From: Nitrososphaerales archaeon
GTDB taxonomy: Archaea; Thermoproteota; Nitrososphaeria; Nitrososphaerales; JACPRH01
NCBI GenBank assembly: GCA_030745655.1
Contig: JASLOE010000003.1
Span: 4,165-68,164 of the forward strand
Direction: 5' to 3'
Length of the DNA: 64,000 bases
Within the stretch, counting starts at the first letter, position 1; every line of letters begins with the position of its first letter. Below are positions 1 to 9,760 of the stretch, in pieces. The position numbers were made by a program, and so were the translations under genes. The notes under the pieces were generated by a model. The model was not told the DNA's origin. It made no database searches and saw nothing but the letters and a program-made list of their open reading frames with translations.

Positions 1-728
1 CTTTCACATAGAATATTTTCAAGAACCTTACCGACATCGTCATCCTCAAGTGGGAGAAGATGGTCCTTAGCCTCAACCAAAGTTACATCTGTCCCCATAT
101 CCCGAAAAATATTTGCAAACTCTACCCCTTCTGGTCCCCCTCCAATTATCACTATGCTTGTTGGTACTCGTTTAATATTAGGAATATACTCTGTGGTATC
201 AGCATACAGTACTCCAGGGATAGATGGAATTGATGGACTAGATCCAGTAGCAATTATTATTGCATTCGAATTGATTTTAAGCGGTCTTTTTTTTCTATCC
301 ACCTCAACAATCCCAACTGAAGATAGTCTTCCATGACCATAAACCACTTTGATTCCATTCCTTTTCAAAAGTTTTTCCAATTCTGTAACCATGTCATTTA
401 TCAAAGAATTCTTATGATCTAGAAGATGTTTAATGTCTAAGTGAGATGTACCCCTTATGGTACCTGCCTTTACAGCATTATCCACTTGTTTCAGAATACC
501 AGTAGTGTAAAGAAGTAACTTGCTTGGAATACACCCAATATTCAAACAAATTCCACCTAATTTTTCTTTCTCAATAAGTACCACATCTGCATCAAGCTGG
601 GCACCCCTTAAAGCTGCAGAATACCCACCGGGTCCACCTCCTATTACAGTTAGAGTTGTGTTCAATATTTCTGCGTCTACCAACTCTATCACCAGAATTC
701 TAAAATTGAATAATTCTCCTAATATCAT
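1..728 (-). CDS. Class I pyridine nucleotide-disulfide oxidoreductase, dihydrolipoyl dehydrogenase-like (3' end runs off the window)
   Basis: Minus-strand frame is open from the window edge to ATG at 728. My translation gives VIGGGPGGY (FAD fold), GGICLNIGCIPSK (redox-active CxxxxC motif) and VIIGGGPEGVEFA (second dinucleotide fold). Absent from the ORF track because no stop lies inside the window. Confidence 0.75.
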   Translation of the reverse strand, partial: MILGELFNFRILVIELVDAEILNTTLTVIGGGPGGYSAALRGAQLDADVVLIEKEKLGGICLNIGCIPSKLLLYTTGILKQVDNAVKAGTIRGTSHLDIKHLLDHKNSLINDMVTELEKLLKRNGIKVVYGHGRLSSVGIVEVDRKKRPLKINSNAIIIATGSSPSIPSIPGVLYADTTEYIPNIKRVPTSIVIIGGGPEGVEFANIFRDMGTDVTLVEAKDHLLPLEDDDVGKVLENILCE

Positions 729-734
729 ATCCAA

Positions 735-1094
735 TTAGAGAAGTTTCAAGGAGCTTGTGATTTTATCTATATTTGATGAATAATCTGGGCCAATACCAAC
801 ACATGTAACAGTTTCAGGAGGGAGCTGCGTTAATCCCATATCTTCTATTATTGCCGTAACCAAGCCTCCTGTTTCAGCCAATAATTGAATATTCATAAGG
901 GAATCAAGACTATTAACTTTCACTACAACCTTGGCTTGTCCAGTTGAAGTCCACTCCTTGTAAACACTTTTTCTAGTTTTCCTAGTTTTTTCTGCAGCTA
1001 AAACAGCTGCGTGTGCTACTTGAGCTGATAATTTTCCTTTCCCCATCGCTAAATCAGATCTCACAACGATAACCTGTTTGATTTCTTGCGTCAA
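735..1094 (-). CDS. pth2: Peptidyl-tRNA hydrolase, archaeal type (Pth2)
   Basis: 119 aa. VVRSDLAMGKGKLSAQVAHAAV and the C-terminal GLTQLPPETVTCVGIGP are typical of the Pth2 family. Confidence 0.9.
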   Translation of the reverse strand: MTQEIKQVIVVRSDLAMGKGKLSAQVAHAAVLAAEKTRKTRKSVYKEWTSTGQAKVVVKVNSLDSLMNIQLLAETGGLVTAIIEDMGLTQLPPETVTCVGIGPDYSSNIDKITSSLKLL

Positions 1095-1131
1095 AGTTGA
1101 ATATCATTTAAAATGTAGCTATGAATAAGCT

Positions 1132-2334
1132 TTGCCAAAAGACGTGAAAGTTCTGATGATTGACTGGGATGTTATTACAGTAGGTGGAAGTGTCTCTGGA
1201 CTCTTAGCAGCCAAGGGTGTAGCGGATGCAGGTCACACAGTCCAGCTCCTAGAGAAAGACCTTGAGATCGGTATGCCTGAAAGATGTGATGGACTAGTTA
1301 GCATGAAATGCCTAGAAAAAATAGGGATAGCCCCAACAAATAACATTATTCAGAACATTATCAAGCGCGCAATCTTTTATTCTCCAAGTGGATTAACAGC
1401 TGAAATAGATGCAAGTAGGCAACGGGTATTAGTATTAGATAGAAGTCAATTTGACCGTGAATTAGCTAAGATAGCAAGTAAAACCGGCGTTGATATTAAA
1501 GTTGGGAATAAAGTCATTAATAATATAGAAAAAAATGGAGTAGTTCGAGTGAAATCTAAATCTGGTGTTCATACATCTAAATGGATAGTAAATGCTACTG
1601 GATATTCATCTTTGTCTAACAGAAAAATGACTATGCAGGCAGCAAAGTTTGAAGTTATTGGTAATTGGTTTGATCGTGATAGAGTTGAAATATATTTTGA
1701 TCAAAAAAAATCTCCTGGTTATTTCATTTGGGTTATACCAATTAGTAATGATACTGCAAAAGTTGGAGCAGCTGGAAATGGAGTTAACCAGTTTAAAATT
1801 CTTGATGAGTTTATAACGGCTAAAGGAGGAACAGCTATTAAAAAAACGGCGGCTCAGATAGTTGTTGGTGGACCTATTGAGAATTTTATATCCGGACATA
1901 TAGTTTCGGTTGGTGATGCTGCTGGTCAGGCCAAGCCAACTACAGGGGGAGGAATCTATAGCGGAGGAATAGGAGGCATGCTTGCGGGAAAATATTTAGG
2001 TGAAAGCCTATCCTCAGAAGACCCATCTAAAGTCATTGAATATGAGAATGATTGGAGAAATCTCTTCAATAAAGAATTTGGGTTATTATTTAGAGCTAGA
2101 AAAGTTCTTGAAAGGCTTGATAATAATAATATTGATAAGATATTTAGAGCAATATCATCATCAGATATACTTACAAAGATATCTTTAGAGAGTGATTTTG
2201 ACTATCACTCAGTAGCCCTACTTAGAGCTCTTGGTTTGAAAAATATCTTCCAAATTGCTGACATTGTAACTGGAGAAAAGTTAGATCGTATAGGATCATT
2301 ACTACGATTATCAAAAGACATTTATTTTAGATGA
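1132..2334 (+). CDS. Geranylgeranyl reductase family FAD-dependent oxidoreductase
   Basis: N-terminal DVITVGGSVSGLLAAK dinucleotide fold and GDAAGQAKPTTGGGIYSGG motif. The track start is TTG; ATG at 1156 (MIDWDVITVGG) is the more likely start. Confidence 0.85.
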   Translation: MPKDVKVLMIDWDVITVGGSVSGLLAAKGVADAGHTVQLLEKDLEIGMPERCDGLVSMKCLEKIGIAPTNNIIQNIIKRAIFYSPSGLTAEIDASRQRVLVLDRSQFDRELAKIASKTGVDIKVGNKVINNIEKNGVVRVKSKSGVHTSKWIVNATGYSSLSNRKMTMQAAKFEVIGNWFDRDRVEIYFDQKKSPGYFIWVIPISNDTAKVGAAGNGVNQFKILDEFITAKGGTAIKKTAAQIVVGGPIENFISGHIVSVGDAAGQAKPTTGGGIYSGGIGGMLAGKYLGESLSSEDPSKVIEYENDWRNLFNKEFGLLFRARKVLERLDNNNIDKIFRAISSSDILTKISLESDFDYHSVALLRALGLKNIFQIADIVTGEKLDRIGSLLRLSKDIYFR

Positions 2335-2479
2335 TAGAGAATAATATTTTTATTAGTGAATGATGCATTAGAGTAATAATGAAAACCTTCTTTTTTAAGC
2401 AAAATAATCATCATATGTAATACTAGGTAAATACGATTTATCCATTAAAGATTAGGGATAGAACAAACTGTTTTAATAG

Positions 2480-2695
2480 ATGATTATTAGGGTCAAAGTG
2501 AATAATATGTCTGAAAAGCAGCAAAGTGCTCAACTGCCGGTCTGTTCATCATGTAATAGGCCTATAATGCCAGGTGATAAAGCATCAAGATTCAATTGTC
2601 CAGAATGTGGAGACATTTTAGTATGGCGATGTGAAAAATGTCGAAAATTCTCTCGTGAATATCGGTGTATTAATTGTGGTTTTGAAGGTCCATAG
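2480..2695 (+). CDS. Small zinc-ribbon protein (four CxxC pairs), of the kind usually found next to aEF-1beta
   Basis: CSSC..CPEC..CEKC..CINC pattern in 71 aa, directly upstream of aEF-1beta. The likely start is ATG at 2507 (MSEKQQ). Confidence 0.6.
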   Translation: MIIRVKVNNMSEKQQSAQLPVCSSCNRPIMPGDKASRFNCPECGDILVWRCEKCRKFSREYRCINCGFEGP

Positions 2696-2707
2696 GAGTC
2701 AGAAGTT

Positions 2708-2989
2708 TTGTCGTGTATTATTGCAAGATTAAAAATTCTCCCTACCGATGCTGGAATAAACAGTAATGATATTGTTGAATCTATTAAAAATAAATTACCA
2801 GATGGTGTATCTATTAAGAACCAGACTGAAGAACCATTGGCTTTTGGTTTGATAGAATCGATATTAGATATTCAATTAGAAGAGAAGGACGATGCAATGG
2901 AAAATTTAGAAGAATCTATTAGGTCATCACCCATAGTACAACAAGTTGTTGTACTGGGAATGAGCAGGAGTTCAACTACCATTAAATGA
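2708..2989 (+). CDS. ef1b: Translation elongation factor aEF-1 beta
   Basis: 93 aa. The N-terminus IARLKILPTD... and EEPLAFGLIESILDIQLEE match the aEF-1beta pattern (VATIKVMPE...EEPIAFGL). TTG start. Confidence 0.8.
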   Translation: MSCIIARLKILPTDAGINSNDIVESIKNKLPDGVSIKNQTEEPLAFGLIESILDIQLEEKDDAMENLEESIRSSPIVQQVVVLGMSRSSTTIK

Positions 2990-3056
2990 TCTGGAAAATT
3001 TAGGGTAAAACTTATGCTTCTCATTTATTATTAAGCATTGAGACTGAGGAATCTCC

Positions 3057-5252
3057 ATGGTTAAAGAGAAGCAAGAATCTATGGTTGAGCTGAAGGTAGC
3101 TGAAGCCAAACAGAGGGATGTAGGGAAATGTAGGGTGAGGATAGATATTGATAACTTGAATACTCTCAAGATAATAGCTGGAGATGTTGTGAAACTTACA
3201 GGTAAGCAGTCGACTGCAGCTACTGCTTGGCCTGCAGACCCTGACGACCAAAAGCTTGGAATTCTACGAATTGATGGTCAAACTCGAAAAAATGCCGGTG
3301 TAAGATTAAATGAGTTTATATCCGTAAGAAAAGAAAATATAAAGTTAGCACGAACTGTTACACTTGCACCTGTAGGAACAAGACTGACGATTGACAAAGA
3401 TTTTTCAGGTTTTGTGAAAAATCGCCTGAAGGGTTTTCCTTTATCTGAAAAAGATGATATATCAGTTGTTGTTCTAGGTAACCCAATAATTTTTAACATA
3501 TCGCAAGTAAAGCCAAAAGGTATTGTAAGAGTAGAGGAGAAATCACGAATAACAATTCTCGCAGAACCTTTAGCTGAAAGAAAAGTATCGTCCACTATAA
3601 CTTATGACGAAATCGGTGGGTTAAAGGAGGAAATAGGAAGACTCCGTGAAATCGTTGAACTACCCCTTCGTCACCCAGAAATTTTCCAAAGGCTTGGCAT
3701 AGAAGCTCCAAGTGGCATATTGCTTTTTGGTCCTCCAGGGTGTGGAAAGACTCTTTTAGCAAAAGCTTTAGCGAATGAATGTGAAGCTAGCTTCTTCTCA
3801 GTTAATGGTCCGGAGATTATGAACAAGTATTATGGAGAGACTGAAGCAAAATTGCGTGAGATATTCAAAGAAGCACGAGAAAATGCTCCAAGTATAATTT
3901 TTATTGATGAGATAGATGCAGTTGCACCAAAACGTGAAGACGTATTTGGTGATGTTGAAAAGAGGGTTGTAGCCCAGCTCTTAGCATTAATGGATGGTTT
4001 ATCAGATAGAGGTGATGTGGTAGTTATGGGTGCAACCAATAGACCTGAAGGAGTAGACCCTGCATTAAGGCGCCCAGGGAGGTTTGATAGAGAAGCTGAA
4101 ATAGATGTTCCGAATATTGAATCTAGGCTCGAAATTCTTCAAATACATACTCGAGGCATGCCACTTTCAAAGGATGTATCACTCAAAGGTCTAGCAAAAC
4201 GTGTACACGGATATACTGGGGCTGATCTAAGATCTCTTTGCAGAGAATCAGCATTAAAGGCGTTAAGGCGATACATTCCAGATATTGATATTGAAAATGA
4301 GGTTATTGCACCAGAAGCTTTAGAAAAACTTAATGTTACTTCAGAAGATTTTCAAGAAGCCTTCAAAGAAATAGTTCCAACAGCAATGAGGGAATTCTAT
4401 ATTGAAACTCCTTCAATTGGTTGGAGTGATATAGGGGGATTAGATGATATTAAGAAAAAAATTAAAGATAATATAATTAGATCAATTAAACATCCAGAAT
4501 GGTTTAGAAAAGCAGGAGTTAAACCTACTCGAGGTGTTTTATTGTATGGACCTTCAGGATGTGGTAAAACGCTTTTAGCACGATCCATTGCTGCAGAGAG
4601 TGAAGCTAATTTCATAACTATTCGCGGTCCTGAGGTCTTATCAAAATGGGTTGGAGAGTCTGAGAAAGCAATCCGTGAAATCTTTAGAAAAGCAAAGGCA
4701 TCAGTACCCTGTATTGTTTTTTTTGATGAAATTGATTCAATTAGCAAATTCAGATCTAATGGAACCGAAAATGATGGTGTTGGAGAAAGAGTACTAAGTC
4801 AACTTTTGACGGAAATTGATAGTATTTACAATGTGGGAGATATTTTTGTGATAGCAGCCACTAATCGTCCAGACCTTCTTGACTCATCTTTAATACGTCC
4901 AGGAAGAATAGATCTCACCATATTTGTATCCCCACCTGATGAACAGAGTCGAGAATCTATTCTTCAAGTAATTACAAGAAAAATGCTTCTTGCAAAAAAT
5001 ATATCATTAGCTGATATCGCTAAAAAGGCAGATGGTTATTCTGGGGCAGACCTTGAATCACTCTGTAGAGAAACTGCTATATCAGCATTGAATAGGAGTA
5101 CAAACAAATTAACCATAAAGAATCAAGATTTTGATTCTGCTTTCAATCAAGTTAAACCTTCAATTAACGCCAATATAATATCGTGGTACGAGTCTATTTA
5201 TGAAAAGATGTCTAATCACTTACCAAAAAGGACTGAGAACGTTTATAGCTAA
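3057..5252 (+). CDS. cdc48: CDC48/VCP-type AAA+ ATPase
   Basis: 731 aa. N-domain followed by two AAA modules, with Walker [14 protein letters not shown] and [13 protein letters not shown] and Walker B IIFIDEID and IVFFDEID. Confidence 0.95.
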   Translation: MVKEKQESMVELKVAEAKQRDVGKCRVRIDIDNLNTLKIIAGDVVKLTGKQSTAATAWPADPDDQKLGILRIDGQTRKNAGVRLNEFISVRKENIKLARTVTLAPVGTRLTIDKDFSGFVKNRLKGFPLSEKDDISVVVLGNPIIFNISQVKPKGIVRVEEKSRITILAEPLAERKVSSTITYDEIGGLKEEIGRLREIVELPLRHPEIFQRLGIEAPSGILLFGPPGCGKTLLAKALANECEASFFSVNGPEIMNKYYGETEAKLREIFKEARENAPSIIFIDEIDAVAPKREDVFGDVEKRVVAQLLALMDGLSDRGDVVVMGATNRPEGVDPALRRPGRFDREAEIDVPNIESRLEILQIHTRGMPLSKDVSLKGLAKRVHGYTGADLRSLCRESALKALRRYIPDIDIENEVIAPEALEKLNVTSEDFQEAFKEIVPTAMREFYIETPSIGWSDIGGLDDIKKKIKDNIIRSIKHPEWFRKAGVKPTRGVLLYGPSGCGKTLLARSIAAESEANFITIRGPEVLSKWVGESEKAIREIFRKAKASVPCIVFFDEIDSISKFRSNGTENDGVGERVLSQLLTEIDSIYNVGDIFVIAATNRPDLLDSSLIRPGRIDLTIFVSPPDEQSRESILQVITRKMLLAKNISLADIAKKADGYSGADLESLCRETAISALNRSTNKLTIKNQDFDSAFNQVKPSINANIISWYESIYEKMSNHLPKRTENVYS

Positions 5253-5258
5253 AGATCT

Positions 5259-5717
5259 TTAGAGAATATCTCTTAATTCTTTTAACAATGAGATATTAAC
5301 CCCGACATGAGAACGAATAGGTGAATTTGGTGAAATAGCAACTATTGAATTGTGAATAATAGCTAATCCAAATGATTCGTTCTTTATTAGTGAGAAATAT
5401 AATTCAGCTTCATCCGTTGTGAGGATTTTTTTAAGTGGGTCTTTCTGATTATCTATACATAGAATATGAATCCCAGCAGATTCTCTGAGATTTTTTCTGA
5501 CCTTTTCTTGATCTAAAACTTGAATTCCTGAAATGATATTTAAAAAATTATATATCTCATTAATGGAGAGATTATATTTGTCTTCCTGATGTTTTTTTGT
5601 GAATATTCTGATTAAACGTGTAGATTTACAGACTGGGCATCTACGTGGGAGCTTACCTTCAATTTCAGTTACGTGTGTATATCCACATCTTAAACATCTC
5701 AAATTTCTAATCGACAT
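5259..5717 (-). CDS. Hypothetical protein with N-terminal zinc ribbon
   Basis: 152-aa ORF. CLRCGY...CPVCKS in the first 32 residues; the C-terminal ~110 aa has no motif I recognise. Confidence 0.5.
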   Translation of the reverse strand: MSIRNLRCLRCGYTHVTEIEGKLPRRCPVCKSTRLIRIFTKKHQEDKYNLSINEIYNFLNIISGIQVLDQEKVRKNLRESAGIHILCIDNQKDPLKKILTTDEAELYFSLIKNESFGLAIIHNSIVAISPNSPIRSHVGVNISLLKELRDIL

Positions 5718-5798
5718 GTTTGGCTACTACTTTCCATTAGTTAAGGCTTCAAAGTTAAAAGTAACTTTCTCTCTATAAGCGATATGGAGAGCATTTAG

Positions 5799-6824
5799 TT
5801 GGGTGTTAACCTGAGAAATATTGTAAATCCATTGAAAATACAACTTCAGCAACTTTCTGGTCGAACAATTGCAGTGGATGCATATAATGCACTTTATCAA
5901 TTCCTATCCATAATTAGAGGTGAAAGAGGAGATTATCTTATGGACAAAGATGGGCGAGTAACTAGCCATTTGAGTGGTTTGTTCTACCGAAACATTAACC
6001 TTTTAGAATTGAATATTAAACCAATCTATATTCTTGATGGTAAACCCCCAGCATTGAAGGCTATTGAAATAGAAAGAAGACGAAAGGCAAAGCAAGAAGC
6101 TGTAAAATTATATGCAGAATCAATAACTAAAGGTGATCTAGTAGAAGCTAGAAAATACGCTCAATCTACATCCCATCTGAAAGATTATATGATAGATGAT
6201 ACTAAACGAATTCTAGAACTGCTTGGAATACCCTGGATTGAAGCACCTTCAGAAGGTGAAGCATATGCCTCACACCTAACAAATATCAATATAGCGACAG
6301 ATGTTGTTAGCCAAGATTTTGATGCACTCCTCTTTGGAGCTAAGAGACTCGTGAGAAACGTTACGGTAACTGGAAAAAGAAAATTACCCGGAAAAAGAGT
6401 TTTTGTTGATATTACCCCTGAAGAGATAGTGTTAGAGAAAACACTAGACTTCCTTGGAGTAACACATGAACAACTTGTAGATATTGGAATATTGTCAGGA
6501 ACAGACTTCAATCCTGACGGTTTTAGAAGAATTGGTGCAACTACTGCATTAAAATATATAAAGAAATTTGGATGTCTTGAAAAGATAGATACTATTAAAG
6601 AAGAATTACAAAAAATAGATTACCCTGCAATTAGAAAAATATTTCTCGAATCTGAAGGTACAAACCCAAAGAAGGAGATTAAGTGGAGTCGACCTGACAG
6701 AGAAAAGATTATTGCGTTCCTAAGTGGTGAACGATCTTTTTCTGAAAACAGAATAAATAAAGCACTCGATAAGCTTGAGAAAATTGAGAATAAAAGATCA
6801 GAAAACCTAGAGAAATGGTTTTAA
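5799..6824 (+). CDS. fen: Flap endonuclease 1
   Basis: 341 aa. MGVNLRNIV...IAVDAYNALYQFLS N-terminus and the SEGEAYASHL and GTDFNPDG motifs. TTG start gives the canonical MGV N-terminus. Confidence 0.95.
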   Translation: MGVNLRNIVNPLKIQLQQLSGRTIAVDAYNALYQFLSIIRGERGDYLMDKDGRVTSHLSGLFYRNINLLELNIKPIYILDGKPPALKAIEIERRRKAKQEAVKLYAESITKGDLVEARKYAQSTSHLKDYMIDDTKRILELLGIPWIEAPSEGEAYASHLTNINIATDVVSQDFDALLFGAKRLVRNVTVTGKRKLPGKRVFVDITPEEIVLEKTLDFLGVTHEQLVDIGILSGTDFNPDGFRRIGATTALKYIKKFGCLEKIDTIKEELQKIDYPAIRKIFLESEGTNPKKEIKWSRPDREKIIAFLSGERSFSENRINKALDKLEKIENKRSENLEKWF

Positions 6825-8137
6825 TGAAAAATGCTCAAAAGCAACAAACCTACGATTCAAAGATAGGTATTGAAAATTATAGCACAGATTTCAAAGGCAT
6901 AGGTGGTAGAATAAAATACAGATACCAAGATTTTAAAGTTGAAGAAATGATCAGTCCCGAAATCTTCTCAAATATTTCAGAAAAACCGACAATCCATAAT
7001 AAATATCCTATTTTTAAACTCACTAAAGAAGGAATTGATACAATTCATGCTCTACAAAAGATTCGAAATCAACTTGGATGGAATGCACATTATCTTGGGC
7101 TTAAGGACAAACAAGCTCAGACAATACAATATATTAGCCCCAAGAGTTTGAGAAGAGAGATACCTCAAAAAATTCAAATAACACCAAAGATGTCACTGGA
7201 TTTCTGTGGATACTACAAAGAACGGCTAAGAAGAAAAAACTTGGTGGGAAATCGATTTAATATTAGAATATCAGGTGTTGAATCCAATTTAGAACGAACA
7301 AAAAAAACTATTATGGAGTTAAAAAATTCTATTAATGATTTTCGTTTACCAAACTTCTATGGACATCAACGATTTGGATCTAATAAACCCAATAATCATC
7401 TAATTGGTAGAGCAATAGTGAAAAGACAATTCAAAGAAGCAGTGTTATTCATCCTTGGACATATAGAAATGAATAATAAGATTTCATTATCAAAAGAAGA
7501 TATCAGAGATTCAACCAATTATCATTCGATAATAAAGAAACTCAATCAGAATCAAGATACTGAGAAACGAGTGTTAAAGTCATTAATTAATCATCCTAAC
7601 AATTGGATACTGGCTCTAAGAACAATTCCAATTGCCATTAGAAGGTTATTCATAAACGCATATCAAGCATTCATTTTCAATAGAGTTATGTCTAAAGCTG
7701 TCGATAATAACTTTAATTTATTGGAAGTCGAGATAGGAGATATTTATGGAATAGTTAATGAAGATAGAAATATATCTGATATTAGAAGAGCAAAAAGCAA
7801 AATGGTGTCGAGCAATTCAAAGAAAATTCTTCCACTAGTTCAACTTGTAGGGTATACTTTTAGAGAAGGTATTGGTAGATTTGATCAGATTACTCAAAAT
7901 ATTCTGGAAGAAGAAGAAATTTCACAAAAACTATTCTATAATAATCAAATGTCTGAACTAAGTATGGAAGGAGGATTCAGAACACCTCCTCTACTGATTA
8001 ATGATTTAGAGATCCAAACCGATATGAATGATAAATCAATAATCTTTCTTCAATTCACTCTTCAAAAAGGTTCTTACGCGACTATTCTTCTACGTGAATT
8101 GATTAAACCATCTGACCCCATCGTTGCAGGTTTTTAG
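6815..8137 (+). CDS. truD: tRNA pseudouridine synthase, TruD/Pus7 family
   Basis: 440 aa. GIGGRIKYRYQDFKVEE and PNFYGHQRFG are TruD signatures. Overlaps the fen stop by 10 nt. Confidence 0.85.
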   Translation: MVLMKNAQKQQTYDSKIGIENYSTDFKGIGGRIKYRYQDFKVEEMISPEIFSNISEKPTIHNKYPIFKLTKEGIDTIHALQKIRNQLGWNAHYLGLKDKQAQTIQYISPKSLRREIPQKIQITPKMSLDFCGYYKERLRRKNLVGNRFNIRISGVESNLERTKKTIMELKNSINDFRLPNFYGHQRFGSNKPNNHLIGRAIVKRQFKEAVLFILGHIEMNNKISLSKEDIRDSTNYHSIIKKLNQNQDTEKRVLKSLINHPNNWILALRTIPIAIRRLFINAYQAFIFNRVMSKAVDNNFNLLEVEIGDIYGIVNEDRNISDIRRAKSKMVSSNSKKILPLVQLVGYTFREGIGRFDQITQNILEEEEISQKLFYNNQMSELSMEGGFRTPPLLINDLEIQTDMNDKSIIFLQFTLQKGSYATILLRELIKPSDPIVAGF

Positions 8138-8586
8138 GCCTTTTCCGAGATTTGGCCAACATCCTTATCACTTTTTATGGATGGATGATTTGGATCTATA
8201 AGTATAACTTCGTACCAAGCATGTTTGCCATCTTTGTATAGGAAATAGGAATTGATAACCTTCAAGTTAGGAAACTTATTGGCGACTCTTTTCTCAGAGG
8301 TCTGGCGCATATTGACATTTGCTTTCATTCTCAATATCCCAGCATGTTTAGGTCTTCTTCCACCCATAGTTTTACTTCGCCTCATACCTCCACGACCTAC
8401 TTTAATCCTAACTATGATGAAACCTTGCTTTGCTTTATATCCCAAACGTCTAGCTCTATCAAGACGAGTTGGTCTTTCAAGCCGTTCGATGGTAGGCCGT
8501 CTTCTTAGATTAATACCTTTTGACTTTAGATCATCACTCTTACTCTTGATCATATCTTGCCAAGTTTTCTCGATTGCGCGATACAT
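8134..8586 (-). CDS. rpl15e: 50S ribosomal protein L15e
   Basis: 150 aa. MYRAIEKTWQD..., RPTRLDRARRLGYKAKQGFIIVRIKVGRGG. Confidence 0.95.
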   Translation of the reverse strand: MYRAIEKTWQDMIKSKSDDLKSKGINLRRRPTIERLERPTRLDRARRLGYKAKQGFIIVRIKVGRGGMRRSKTMGGRRPKHAGILRMKANVNMRQTSEKRVANKFPNLKVINSYFLYKDGKHAWYEVILIDPNHPSIKSDKDVGQISEKA

Positions 8587-8633
8587 TCTTCAGACTACCG
8601 GTATGAATTTGAACACTTCTTAAACATTATCAA

Positions 8634-9557
8634 TTAGACCTGAAAAAACTCAATCATTCTTTCAGACACAGCGGTAGCTGCTGCTTCCTGCGCTTCTACT
8701 GTCTGTGCACCAATATGAGGAGTACAAATTACATTAGGCATTGCTATTAGTTCATTTTGTTCTGGAGGCTCTATCTCAAATACATCAAGAGCAGCACCCT
8801 TAATTCGATCTTTCTTCAACGCTTGTAGTAAAGCTTCCTCATCCAAAACTGCACCTCTTGACGCATTGATGATATATGCAGTTTTCTTCATTTTAGAGAA
8901 TGCATCTCTGGATATGAAATGTTTAGTCTTTTGAGTTAAGGGTACATTCAGTGTAATGTAATCAGATTTAGCAAGGATACTGTCAATTTCGGCATATTTT
9001 AGGTTTAATCGATTGATTGTTTCTTTGGGAATCTCAACTATATCATAGAATAGAATACTCATACCCATTGCGTGTACAAGTTCACAAAGCCTGATTCCTA
9101 TTCGTCCTAAACCAATTACTCCCAATACTTTTCCTTTTAATTCAAAACCTTTAAGGTGGCTTTTCATCCAATTTCCTTCCTTCAAACCCGAATTACCAAT
9201 ACAAATACCTCTGGATAGATTCAACATCATACCGAGGATTAATTCAGCTACGGCATTGGATACTGAATTTGGAGTATTATACACTTTAACATCAGCTTCT
9301 TTTGCGGCCTTAAGGTCTATATTATCTAGTCCTACACCTGCTCGCCCAATAATCTTCAACTTTTTTCCTGCAGAAATTGATTCCCGGGTTATAATAGTTC
9401 TACTTCTGACTATTACACCATCATAATCAGGTATGGTTAGAAGCAGGTCTCTAGGGGTTATGGAAGGTAAATAAGATACTTCAAATCCTGCATTTTTCAT
9501 CAGATTTACACCTCTTTCTGAGATGTTATCACAAACTAGGACCCTTATTTTAGACAA
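8634..9557 (-). CDS. D-isomer-specific 2-hydroxyacid dehydrogenase (phosphoglycerate dehydrogenase-like, short form)
   Basis: 307 aa. NAD fold GVIGLGRIGIRL, catalytic region INASRGAVLDEEAL and TPHIGAQT. Confidence 0.8.
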   Translation of the reverse strand: MSKIRVLVCDNISERGVNLMKNAGFEVSYLPSITPRDLLLTIPDYDGVIVRSRTIITRESISAGKKLKIIGRAGVGLDNIDLKAAKEADVKVYNTPNSVSNAVAELILGMMLNLSRGICIGNSGLKEGNWMKSHLKGFELKGKVLGVIGLGRIGIRLCELVHAMGMSILFYDIVEIPKETINRLNLKYAEIDSILAKSDYITLNVPLTQKTKHFISRDAFSKMKKTAYIINASRGAVLDEEALLQALKKDRIKGAALDVFEIEPPEQNELIAMPNVICTPHIGAQTVEAQEAAATAVSERMIEFFQV

Positions 9558-9760
9558 CTGTGTTTTGCCCCATAATCACACGACAATACTATACCTATAA
9601 TACTTCCGACTTTAAAAACCAACATGTTAGCTGAATATTTTATTCTATTCAGATAGCAAAAAAAAGTAATTTCTTTATAAATTTCAATTGTTTACTCTTC
9701 AGGGAATTCATGAATAGAATTAGTTCGCTTTATATGTAAAGAACTTGACTAACACAATAT

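Noticed and set aside
520-738. Plus-strand 72-aa ORF at the window start
   Set aside because: It lies antisense to the clearly coding lpd-like frame (GGGPGGY and CLNIGC motifs) and is a proline/serine-rich shadow ORF.
9631-9651. Inverted repeat CTGAATA-(7 nt)-TATTCAG in the divergent spacer between the 2-hydroxyacid dehydrogenase and the YchF-like gene
   Set aside because: Short AT-rich arms, with no second copy or associated regulator gene. It cannot be distinguished from chance.
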